A stretch of DNA of 64,000 nucleotides, the filler included, from Sanchytrium tribonematis (Eukaryota): NCBI GenBank assembly GCA_018985235.1. It is 5 parts of 5 records of this genome, joined end to end, with 100 filler letters (N's around TTAATTAATTAA, not from the genome) between each part and the next. Parts side by side here need not be neighbours in the genome. Positions count along the whole stretch, not along the records: positions 39,044 to 51,904 come from JADGIG010000207.1; positions 52,005 to 64,000 come from JADGIG010000233.1; 3 more parts are not named here. One strand, 5' to 3'. Every line of letters begins with the position of its first letter. The first letter of the stretch is position 1. The notes under the pieces were generated by a model. It was not told the DNA's origin and did not search any database. It worked only from the letters and a program-made list of their open reading frames with translations. The translations under genes were made by a program, and so were the position numbers. This document shows positions 45,335 to 55,314 of this stretch, piece after piece.

Positions 45335-47539
45335 TTAAGATTTACTTCTTTTCTTCTGAACAATTAATTTAGAAAAGTACTCATCAGGAAAATTGTGCCA
45401 TTTCTGAATGTCATGATAAATGTCATACGCTAACTGCGATTTCCTCTTTTTATCAATGGGGATGTCTCTTTCTGAAGCAAAATCTTTTAGTTGTTCAATC
45501 TTATACCTATTTAATTTTTTTAAATCTAGAGTAGCGTCATTTTCAAGCTTCTGATAATATTTATCTTGAGTTTGTGAACTTGCAAAACTTTGACCCAAAA
45601 TATCCAAAAGATTATTAATTTTTTTGTCTATTTGTCGCAAGAGCTTGGCATCTAGTAATATTATCGGATTTTCTAAATATTTTTTGTTGTATTCACTAAC
45701 TTTAAACCAAATTGACTTTGCGAAACCACTAAAAGAAAACACTATCCTTATACAATTCAATTGCTGATTTGTGAACGCAGATTCAAGCTTGAGAGAGTCC
45801 AAAGCAGAACAGAATGACGACCAGGTGTAATATTGTCCTTTGCAATTCGAGTGCACCAGCACAACAGACTTATTTATGGTAGAAAATAGAATATTAGGCC
45901 CCATTAATGTGCCTGGATATACCATTTTAGAGGAATGATCAAAAAAAGCATTGAGATAATCCTCAACAACCATGTCAGGAAAGTATTCCTCGTAGGTTGC
46001 CATGGTTTTGACTAGATGCTCATGCCCAACACATACTTCTTTGAAATATTTTTTCAGAAATTGACCCACCATTCTTTCACAAATGTATCCCTTTGTTGGG
46101 TGTCCTAGTTTTTCAACTATATGGATGTTATTTTGAATTCTCGAAAGATAAACATAAACATAATCTTCATCGAGTTGGCTTGCAAATTCTAAAATCGCTT
46201 TCTTGTAAATTGTGTCTACTATTAAGAATCCATTATTATGTTTAGTCAATTGAGCAAATCCTGCCGAAACTATTCGATACGTAACTTCGTCTTCAACTAT
46301 GTTTAAAATAGAATTACAACATTGAACAGCGTACAATAATAAAATTAGGTAACCATTGGCGGTTTCTATTGTATTAATTATTAAATTTTCACTTTTCCTA
46401 CTTTGAATTCTTGCCTTTGCGTGTTTTAGAGCTTCAAAAAAGCAATCCGTAAATTTTGATTTAACTTTTGAAATACTCCGAGGACGAGCTTTGCAAAGCG
46501 GTTTTATCAGAAATTCTAGTAAGAATAAAGGCCGTCCAATCCAGTCATTAAAGAAAAGTTCATAGTCTACCCGATTACCTGGTATGTCTTTGTAATAGTA
46601 TTTGATCGTATTCCAAACATCATCTTCATTGCAAACAGGTAGGTCTGAGTATTTGTAAAAAGTATCGCGGGAGAGTAGAGATTGGGACAGCTCCAAGTTT
46701 TGCCAAATGCGAAAAAGGGTTGAGTTCATAATAGTTCCAAAGGCTGGATATTCTGAACGCAAGACATCTACCAAAATTGTTCTAAAAATGTAGAAAAGAT
46801 CAGTGCAGAATTCTTTGTTGGGGCGAGGGATTCCATTTTGTTCGTCTTTCCAATAATTAATGACGCGGTCTTGCTCGCTTTGAAGAATATTTAAATCACA
46901 TCTATGCAAGAAGAAACCTGATTTTAAGCCGATAAACTCGTGTATTTCATCAAATCCAACTACAATCCTCAAGCCTCTGATTTCTTTTTCAAAATTATCA
47001 ATAAAATTTTTTAATTTTAAATTGGCCTCAAACTGTAAAGATACTGCACTAGAAAAATGTCTCGAAGTGAGAAGGTAGACCATTGATGCCCTTTGATTTG
47101 ATTTGGAATTATCGAGATCTTTGGTAATTTTGATCGTAAGTTCAATGTGACTATAAATCCAAGTCTTAAATATTTCAACTGACCTATTGTGAAAACGCAA
47201 AATGTTTTCATATGTAAAATCACTTGGAAATATGCTTTGAATCTCTGCTTCTAATCTTAAGACCGAATTTTTCTTTTTCAAGATTCGGATAGGGATTACA
47301 AAATCGAAACAATCCAAATTCCCTAATTCAATCAAGCATTTTGTTTTCCCAGATCCATACGCTTGAACTACTGCTGCAATACTTCTCATCTGTACATCGC
47401 TACTCCAGGTCAATTGTAATTTTTCTTCAAGTTCCTCATATGTTCCAGAACCGATAATCAAATCATTTAATAAAAGATTATTATCCTTCTTTAACTCTTT
47501 CATTTCCGTTCTGCAGTCCAAAATTAATTTGTTCAACAT
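45335..47539 (-). CDS. P-loop NTPase + degenerate restriction-endonuclease-like protein (Crinkler/RHS-type C-terminal architecture)
   Basis: Walker A AYGSGKT, Walker B IVVGFDEIH, IGRP, KGYICE, YPGTLMGPNILF...VLVHSN. Confidence 0.6.
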   Translation of the reverse strand: MLNKLILDCRTEMKELKKDNNLLLNDLIIGSGTYEELEEKLQLTWSSDVQMRSIAAVVQAYGSGKTKCLIELGNLDCFDFVIPIRILKKKNSVLRLEAEIQSIFPSDFTYENILRFHNRSVEIFKTWIYSHIELTIKITKDLDNSKSNQRASMVYLLTSRHFSSAVSLQFEANLKLKNFIDNFEKEIRGLRIVVGFDEIHEFIGLKSGFFLHRCDLNILQSEQDRVINYWKDEQNGIPRPNKEFCTDLFYIFRTILVDVLRSEYPAFGTIMNSTLFRIWQNLELSQSLLSRDTFYKYSDLPVCNEDDVWNTIKYYYKDIPGNRVDYELFFNDWIGRPLFLLEFLIKPLCKARPRSISKVKSKFTDCFFEALKHAKARIQSRKSENLIINTIETANGYLILLLYAVQCCNSILNIVEDEVTYRIVSAGFAQLTKHNNGFLIVDTIYKKAILEFASQLDEDYVYVYLSRIQNNIHIVEKLGHPTKGYICERMVGQFLKKYFKEVCVGHEHLVKTMATYEEYFPDMVVEDYLNAFFDHSSKMVYPGTLMGPNILFSTINKSVVLVHSNCKGQYYTWSSFCSALDSLKLESAFTNQQLNCIRIVFSFSGFAKSIWFKVSEYNKKYLENPIILLDAKLLRQIDKKINNLLDILGQSFASSQTQDKYYQKLENDATLDLKKLNRYKIEQLKDFASERDIPIDKKRKSQLAYDIYHDIQKWHNFPDEYFSKLIVQKKRSKS

Positions 47540-47882
47540 GCTTAAGCGGAGTTGCTTTTGAAAAGAATTTATGGAGAAATTGAAAGAGGCTAATTTATAA
47601 AAATCAATTCAATTAAATGCTAAATTTAGTATTCGTATATTTACAAAGTTTGATATTATTTGATTAAGCAATCGTTTCACGGCATTGACTAAGAGTATGC
47701 TAATGATTTATTGAATTCATTTTGCCAAAGGAAAAGCTAAAATTGGTTCAATATGATTTAGCTGACCTATAAATTCTCAAGATTTACTATTGATTGTTGG
47801 AATACAAAGTTTTGCGTTGTTGCTCAAATCAGATTTTACGTCATGTTTTTTAATCTATAGAAATGTCATTCTCAATCACTAT

Positions 47883-48116
47883 TTAAAATAGCATATGATG
47901 ATCTATTTTTTTACCGGTTTTCTTCTCGTATTCTTTAGCGTCCTCTGCAAAAGCATCCCATACACAGTAAACACATCCTGACATACAGCAATTATTTGGA
48001 ATTTCCGGCGGTTTGACAAATTCCACAGCTTTAAATGAAGCAATTTGCATCGGCTCTTTGCCTTGTAGCCCGCGTGTAGGTCTCAGTAAAAGATATTTGT
48101 AGTAACCTCGTAACAT
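47883..48116 (-). CDS. Oxidoreductase-like N-terminal domain protein (small, probably mitochondrial)
   Basis: PPEIPNNCCMSGCVYCVWD. Confidence 0.8.
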   Translation of the reverse strand: MLRGYYKYLLLRPTRGLQGKEPMQIASFKAVEFVKPPEIPNNCCMSGCVYCVWDAFAEDAKEYEKKTGKKIDHHMLF

Positions 48117-48159
48117 AAAAGAAATAATTTTTAATGGAAACCAAGGGAGACGCGATTTT

Positions 48160-48537
48160 ATGCGTAATTTATTTTCCAAGTTAAGTTATCCGGTTTCTAT
48201 AATAAGTAATCATAATAGAGGAATCACAATTAATAGCTTGCATTCGTTTTCCTTGAACCCTAATTTAATTTGCTTTAATATTTTCCATCGAAGTACAATT
48301 TTACCATTAGAGGCTTTCAAAATATACTGTTTACAGCGGCATCATGTGAAAATTGCGAAGCATTATGCAAATTCTAGATCTTACATGGACGTACCTAAAG
48401 ATACTATTTTGATGAATTGTGAAAAAGTGAAAGAGGTTCATGTAGCTGATCATCTTTTAGTTATTGCAAAACCTGAAATACTTCGGGTGCCAATAGATTT
48501 CAATGCACTACAGTATGTCCACTCTAATTACCAATAA
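48160..48537 (+). CDS. Flavin reductase-like FMN-binding domain protein
   Basis: SKLSYPVSII, RGITINSLHSFSLNP, VADHLLVIA. Confidence 0.75.
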   Translation: MRNLFSKLSYPVSIISNHNRGITINSLHSFSLNPNLICFNIFHRSTILPLEAFKIYCLQRHHVKIAKHYANSRSYMDVPKDTILMNCEKVKEVHVADHLLVIAKPEILRVPIDFNALQYVHSNYQ

Positions 48538-48543
48538 ATAGAT

Positions 48544-49888
48544 TTATTCCCATGCGTTTTTCATATAAACTTGGACTGCATTTAATGCTTTATATTTAAC
48601 TTCGTCATTCTCATGAGACATTAATTCCATTATTTTTTGTTTGGCACCACTTAGCTGAACATACCTTAATAAATCAAAATTACTTTTTGGAATCAGGACA
48701 GTATTTGAGTACCTGTCCAATATCATGACAACAAATTGCCAACACTTCGGGCTTTGAAGATGCACTTAGCAGCCTAGCTAGTGACTTTATCAGAGCGCCA
48801 TCCATTTCCATAAATTTGCTTGCATTAAATTTCCAAAATATATCAGACGTGTGGACTGGCGACCATTCCAGATTTCCGCTTGTAATTTCAGCAGCATAAT
48901 GATCAAAAGTAGATAAATTTAGGACGTGCTCCTGAATAGCAGCATCCAACTGTTTAATATCCTCTTTCATATCGTCGTCATTGAATTTTAAACTCTCAAA
49001 TAGAGTGTGAGCATGAAATCCAACAAGCGCATTAAGAGTGTCCGTCTTGTCCCCTTTCCACAAATTGTAAATCAGCGAAATAGAAATTCTGGCAACCTTT
49101 TCCTTGGTTGTTCTCCTTAATATTCTTAATAATGACCCGCATGTTCTATATTTGTTGATAATTTCACACATTTTTGGTTCGAAAGATACCAGCCATAAAA
49201 TATAAGAGAGCTGATATTGCTTTTGAATGCTAGATGCATCCCAACTTTCCATTTCTGATATTGTTTTAAGCTTTTTAGCAATCACCTCTGTATATTTCTC
49301 TTGTTGCATATATTGCTGCCTAATCTCCTTGACTGCCAAAATAGCTTGAAGACCCTCCAAGGCAAACTCGCTGGACTTTTGAGAGTTCATTTCTGCAATG
49401 TATGGATATAAAATATCGAAAATAATTCTAACATCGTGACTTCTATATTTTTTCCACACACTTCTTTGCTGAGAAAAGCAAACAATTTCTGCAATTATCT
49501 TCAAACAAATCCATGGAGTTATTTGATCACCTTTCCATTTATCCATTTTACTTAACAAAACAGGTATTGGGTCTTCAGAGCTTGCCAAACAAACTGACAG
49601 ACGGTATGGATCTTGCACAAGTTCCTCAAATAAATATAGAATAGAATTAATAGTGTCAGTCTTTTGTAATCTGTTTAGTAATGATATCCAAATATTATAA
49701 TATTTTAACACTTTTTCTGGCTCTGGCTTATCTTGGCTTAAAATGGTGCTGTAAGTTTTTATTGCATCAAATTCTTCATTTGTAATCAGCTGTGCAGAAA
49801 AGTAGCCCTCCCAAGGAATATTGGTTTGCTTTCCCGGCAAATCGATTAAAGTTGAAGGCGGAAGAGTAGTAGGAAGTACAGTTTGCAT
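48544..49888 (-). CDS. VMA13: V-ATPase subunit H; join(complement 48684..49888, 48544..48664)
   Basis: KEKVARI, LSTFDHYAAEITSGNLEWSPVH, CHDIGQ. A 19-nt intron at 48665-48683 gives GAKQKIMELMSHENDEVKYKALNAVQ. Confidence 0.93.
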
Positions 49889-49934
49889 CTCCTTTGTCTC
49901 AAGAAAAGATAATTTTAAATTTCGGCCAATAAAA

Positions 49935-50273
49935 ATGTTCAAAAGAAGTGGTTTTGTATATAGGGAACCATCTTTACCTATCCAGGGACTGCCAGTAGTC
50001 CATCAAGATACATTCTTTGCCATCAAGGATACTGACTCTAAGAGCACTAAGAAAAAGAAAAGACTTTACGAGAAGATGGAGCGGTCCAGAATTCCTAGAA
50101 GCATTAAGCAGGTAGTAATACCAGAGACTGAAGAGTATGCACTATATGGTTGTGATTGTTGTTATTGTAATTTGCACAGGCGCGTCCTTTGTAAAATGGC
50201 CGCAGAAGATAAATATGCGAAAGGAAAAAGCAATTCTAGCGAATTAGCTGTAGCTTTTGACACTCAGACTTAA
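49935..50273 (+). CDS. Hypothetical protein with Cys-rich motif (GCDCCYC)
   Basis: ATG at 49935, divergent from VMA13; AATAAA follows the stop. Confidence 0.5.
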   Translation: MFKRSGFVYREPSLPIQGLPVVHQDTFFAIKDTDSKSTKKKKRLYEKMERSRIPRSIKQVVIPETEEYALYGCDCCYCNLHRRVLCKMAAEDKYAKGKSNSSELAVAFDTQT

Positions 50274-50758
50274 ATGGCAATAAAAAATTGAATTATTTTA
50301 GGTAAACTTTATTTATAATACTATGGGTTTAATAGTTTTTTCCGAGAATAGGCAAGAGAATGTTGCAACTAGAGACTGACTTGTTAAAAAATATTCGGTA
50401 AATAATCTTCAAGTTAATCAAACTTAGTTAGTTGGCGGCTTTGATAAAACCTACTTCAAATAGACTAAAATAGCTCAAATCTATAGTGTCTTCTTCATTT
50501 TTGAGCTACTGTAATATGCTGCTGTGGCTAATATTCATAACTATGTACCTAAGCGTATTTAAATTTGGATGAGATTGCGAATTATAAGGGTGCCGAAGCC
50601 ATCCATAAAATCTATAAAATCTTCGCCTTATTAAAAACGATTACGTCTTAGAACAAACGAAACCAGCTGAGATGGAATTCTAGAATAAAATATTAATTTA
50701 ATTCTATTGATATTTTTTTAAAATTTGTTCAGGTCAGTCCCCTGGTTTCTACGAAAAC

Positions 50759-51904
50759 ATGATAACTACAAAATATCATGAAATGCTTAAAAATCACGAT
50801 ATGAGCGAAGATTTTTTTTTAGAAATATCTGCATTAAACTCTTTGAAGCCTTTGAGGTCATATTTAGAAAAATTAGTAGATTCAAATTCATTTCTATTAA
50901 GTGGTAAATATGATATACTGAAGCATATATGCAATAATACGACTAATGTGGAAAATTTTCTTAGTTTGTTTTCAAACTGTGATTCCATGTCCCAACTTGA
51001 AAGAAAGAATATCTTGTCTGAGATTCACATTGAAATGCAAAAGTTGGTGGCTGAATTTGAAATTGATATAAATGACCTGGTGTTTTCTGGTAACCCGGTA
51101 ACAGTCAATTTTAATCTAACCAATATTGTTAAAAAAAGAAAGACAGATATCAAATTAAGAATCGATGCATCCCAATTGCAATACGGTTCGATGTTTCCAA
51201 ATATTTTTTCTCCCAAGTGGGATGAGAAATCAAATTCTAGCGATGAGCTATTCACAACTCGAAACTTCAAATCTTTATATAGCATGCAGCGTGTATCCCT
51301 TATTCGACCCTGCCAATTTTTAAATTTAGAGATAGAAATGAAAATGTATTCAACTATCAAAAAACAATGTCTCGATGATTTAGAGGGACAATACGGCTCA
51401 ATCAAATCTAATATTTATTTTGTCGACCGCCTTGATTACACGGATTTATATGAGAAAAGGAAAAAAATAGCTACAGATCTTGGGAGCCCAAAAGTACAAG
51501 TATTCTGCACAAACATAAACCAATTTTATCCAAATTTTTACACTCATGCAAGCTCCTGGATTTTCAGCAATAGATTTCATGGCAAAACCTTGAAAAAACC
51601 GCATGACATTTGGTACAATGCGATCGAGCAGTCTTTACTCAAATGCCAGGAAAAATCTTCTTTTGGTGTTCCTATTTCTCCGTTAATGGTGGACGACTTG
51701 ATGAATGAAGTCATGAGATTGTTGGCATTTCAAGTGGTCGAAGAAGTAGGAAAGGTGCTACATAATTTCAAAACAATTGTGAGATCTGACTCGTTTGAGT
51801 TCCACGTATTGGTATCTGAGCTAAAGATGCCAGAGGATGAAATTGAACATTATGTTAAAATATCTTGCTCAAAAATATTGACAAATTACAGACTTGACTT
51901 AAAT
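50759..51904 (+). CDS. Hypothetical protein, 3' partial at contig end
   Basis: >380-aa open frame running into the spacer; no family recognised. Confidence 0.6.
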
Positions 51905-52004
51905 NNNNNNNNNNNNNNNNNNNNNNNNNNNNNNNNNNNNNNNNNNNNTTAATTAATTAANNNNNNNNNNNNNNNNNNNNNNNNNNNNNNNNNNNNNNNN
52001 NNNN
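51905..52004. other. Artificial contig spacer
   Basis: N44-TTAATTAATTAA-N44. Confidence 0.97.
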
Positions 52005-52525
52005 AAAAACAATAGCCCATTACATACTACATCTAAGAAAATACTTCTACATGATTTATGAGCAATTATGATGGATTTTTAAGGGTTCAGTTGTAATCCA
52101 ATGTCATCCAGTCTCTCTTGTATATCTGATATTGCATTAGTTAGTGCGCGTTTGGAATATGCTAGAACACAAATATTATCGGCATAGTAAATGGTTTTGT
52201 AAAGATCATTTTGAAGTGAATATAAATCTATTAATGCAAATCCAAATAAACTCGGGCTAATAATGCTTCCTTGCGCAGTTCCTGATGTTGTATTTATTGG
52301 ATCAGAAATATGTTGCAACAAAAACATAATTTGAGATGTGATGCGTAGTAAATGCAATATGATGCGCACTAAATATCTATTATAATGATTGAACAGTTGA
52401 ATAGACAGACTCTGTTTAGATTATCATAAGCTTTTCTTGAATCTAAAAGAGCGATAAATTGGATTTTTTGATTATTTCTGTTTCTAGTGTGAAAAATGGA
52501 TTCTAAATGAGATAATGCATCATTT
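52005..52525 (-). mobile_element. Degenerate non-LTR (LINE) reverse transcriptase fragment
   Basis: Minus-strand INDALSHL...LLDSRKAYDNLNR, GTAQGSIISPSLF, YYADNI; disrupted by frameshifts/stops. Confidence 0.8.
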
Positions 52526-52529
52526 ATAT

Positions 52530-54828
52530 CGGTTACAGTTTTATAGCGGGTCGTGGTGACCTTTACAAAGGAGATTTTTACGACAAGGTCGCAGAGACCT
52601 TCAAGTCAAATAAATGCTTTCTTTTTATTAAATTAGCCAATCATTGAAAAGAAAAAAATTTCAATCAAATATTTGTGTTTTGTTGTGCCATACGGGTCAA
52701 ACAAATGTCACGTCCAAAAAGAGCAGCTGCAATTAACACCCAATACAATTCTAATTATGAAGTTGATCTTGCCACATACATTGGAGAGTCAACCTCAGAA
52801 GAGGAAAGCAATTGTGGAGACTTAAATTATAGTGATGCGGAAGAAGTGGATGATGCAGTCGAAGAAGACACAGTTAGAGATCCCCAATCTACCCAAAGAC
52901 CTGCTACAACCAATAGCAATGCTGCCCCATTTTTTATCAACGAATTACCGATTGACTACAGTCGATTCAAAGCAAATAATTTTCAAAAAACAACAAGTAA
53001 TTTGCCAGATGATTTCTCCGAGAATCCTACTCCATTAGATTATTTTCAGTTATTAGCACCTCCATCATTCACAGAACAAATAACTAGAGCGACCAACAGA
53101 TCAATTTGGAATTATGAGCATTCAATCGCAATGCAAAATTTATCATCTGATGGTGTTACATCACAGGAAACATATACTATCGAGTGTTTAACAAATAAAA
53201 CTATGTTGTGTTTTTTTGGCATGATGGTATATATGGGAATAAAGAAATATCCCGAGCAAAAAATGTATTTTTTCAAAAGTAAAGATGATGAATTTGATTC
53301 ACCTCCATTTGTGAACGTCATGCTTTACAAATCATTTAAAAAATAAAAAGATGTATCAGTGTACCAGAAATAGAATTGACGGATGATTACCAGTATATGT
53401 CTCATTCGTATGAAAGATTGCATGAATCAACCAATGTAAATTTTCTTTTAAAACACATAAACACTACCTTTCAGCTATATCTCAACTTAGGAAATGAATA
53501 TGCCGTTGATGAAAGTATGGCATTGTGCAAATGCAAGTGTTATTTTGCCAAAAAGATGAAAAGTAAACCCATTAATTTGGGATTGCGAAATTTTATGATT
53601 TGTTGTTCTTCTAGTAACATGTGCCCGGGTATTCTATTGGATAATAAAGAAAGGCATATTACTGCACCAGCACTATTTATTGAATCATTGTTTGTGAAAT
53701 TATTGCAAATTGTACCCAATTCCCAACAGAGTCTAATTGTTGCTGACAATTATTACAACTCATCCAGCATTGTTAATATGCTGTTAAATACATACAGCAT
53801 CTACTGCCGAGGTACATTGAGAAAGAATAAAGTACCGGATGACATGGAGATTGGTAATTTAAAGACAATGGCTTATGGAGTTGAAGTGACACAGGTCATT
53901 AATTTGCCATTTTGTCATTATAGTGGTGACCAATTTGATGTATTCTTTTGTCGAGACATAACTGAATTCATGTCATAACAAGCCATCCAATCTTAAGAAA
54001 TCAAAGCTCTGTCATTCATTAGGCAAAAATTAATTTATCACAATTAATAACCTTTGGTTTACGAAGAGATCAAAAGGTATTATTCAAAAAACAGCTACTC
54101 GTATGCAAGGAATATAATCAATCTATGGGCGCCGTAGATATTAATGATAGACTTTTAGCGTCCTATCAGTTCAAGAGAAAGGATAGGGAGTGGTTGAAAT
54201 CTTTTTTTATTACATTTTGAATTTGATAGTTGTGAATAGCTACTTGTTATACAGACGCAGAAGAACAAGGTCATCAGCCAATGTCTCACTTAAAGTTTAG
54301 ACGACAATTATCAAATCAATTAATGCTGTTTGGTGTGAACAAATGGAAACAATTGTACAAGAGTCTTTGAACGGAAAAGTAGATATCACAAGAAAATTGA
54401 ATCAACCATTAACTGCAGCATTAGAGAATTGGAAGCAGTTTATGATCACACGTTCAGATGTACCTCAAAAAGACAAAAAAAGAGTAATAGACACATACAG
54501 AATGCCTGCACATTAAAAGGAAAGAGGATTTTTATTAATTTAGTGGCAATCACTGGATGGTGGAAATCCAAGCGATCCTCAAAGACTCTGCTAGACCAAG
54601 ATTCATGCTGGAATAAAGTAAACACAGCCTGTAATAAATGCCACGTTGCTTTGTGTGGAAAGCACTTTAATGTGTGGCATTGGGAATACAAATGCTACCA
54701 ATACATTCCAAGAAATAAATTATAAATTTTATCTGGTCGTGACGACCTTCAAGGTCAAACATAGATTTTTAAAGGGTAAAACAAAAATTGGACATTTATT
54801 TGGCCCTGATTTTCGAAAGCTGTAACCG
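52530..54828 (+). mobile_element. piggyBac-like DNA transposon with decayed transposase
   Basis: TIRs CGGTTACAGTTTT (52530) / revcomp CGGTTACAGCTTT (ends 54828). Transposase remnants TPLDYFQL, AVDESM, KPINLG, ADNYY, GTLRKN, MGAVD and a C-terminal C/H cluster (ACNKCHVALC). Confidence 0.85.
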
Positions 54829-55129
54829 ATGTGTTATCTCTTAAACACAATTAGAGTAATAGGGAGAGTCAAGATGAACACTTGGGCATTAGAACCCGAT
54901 CTCCCTGGCGAAAATGCGTAAGCATACGCACTGGCTGCATACGCTGACTTTTATTGAGCATGCAGCCAAAGCCAAAAAAGATAAAAGCCACATGGAACGC
55001 CTCCCTTTGTATGAAAGAAGTGAATTTGTTTTCAGCATAAATGTCTTTGATAGGTGGATCCCTGTGGGTTTATTAATTGTGTCTTTTTGTTCAGTATTGT
55101 ATAGTCGATTGTATGCCTTAAAATTAATA

Positions 55130-55314
55130 TGCGATGGTCGCAAAATAGATCACATGGATGTGAATCAGATGACAGTAACATGCATGAAAGCAAATAGGGA
55201 TGATTGGAGTAATGATGATGTGCAATGGCACTATGGATGGTCAAATGACGTGACGGAAGTGTTTAAATAGCGAATTAATAAATACTTACTTGGTTAAAAA
55301 ATGCAATCTCAACA
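55130..55314 (+). repeat. 5' LTR (185 bp)
   Basis: Direct repeat of 62919-63102; begins TG and ends CA. Confidence 0.92.

Noticed and set aside
583..47223. Numerous short antisense or alternate-frame ORFs in the track overlapping long genes
   Set aside because: Shadow ORFs with no recognisable motifs.
1..51904. Alternative genetic code (TAA/TAG read as Gln) as the cause of split ORFs
   Set aside because: Conserved proteins end at TAA/TAG at expected positions, and the splits are frame changes resolved by GT-AG micro-introns.
54914..55270. 118-aa ORF (and the 62802-62984 ORF) sharing CDGxKIDHMxVNQMTVT as a gene family
   Set aside because: The shared peptide is simply translation of the two LTR copies.
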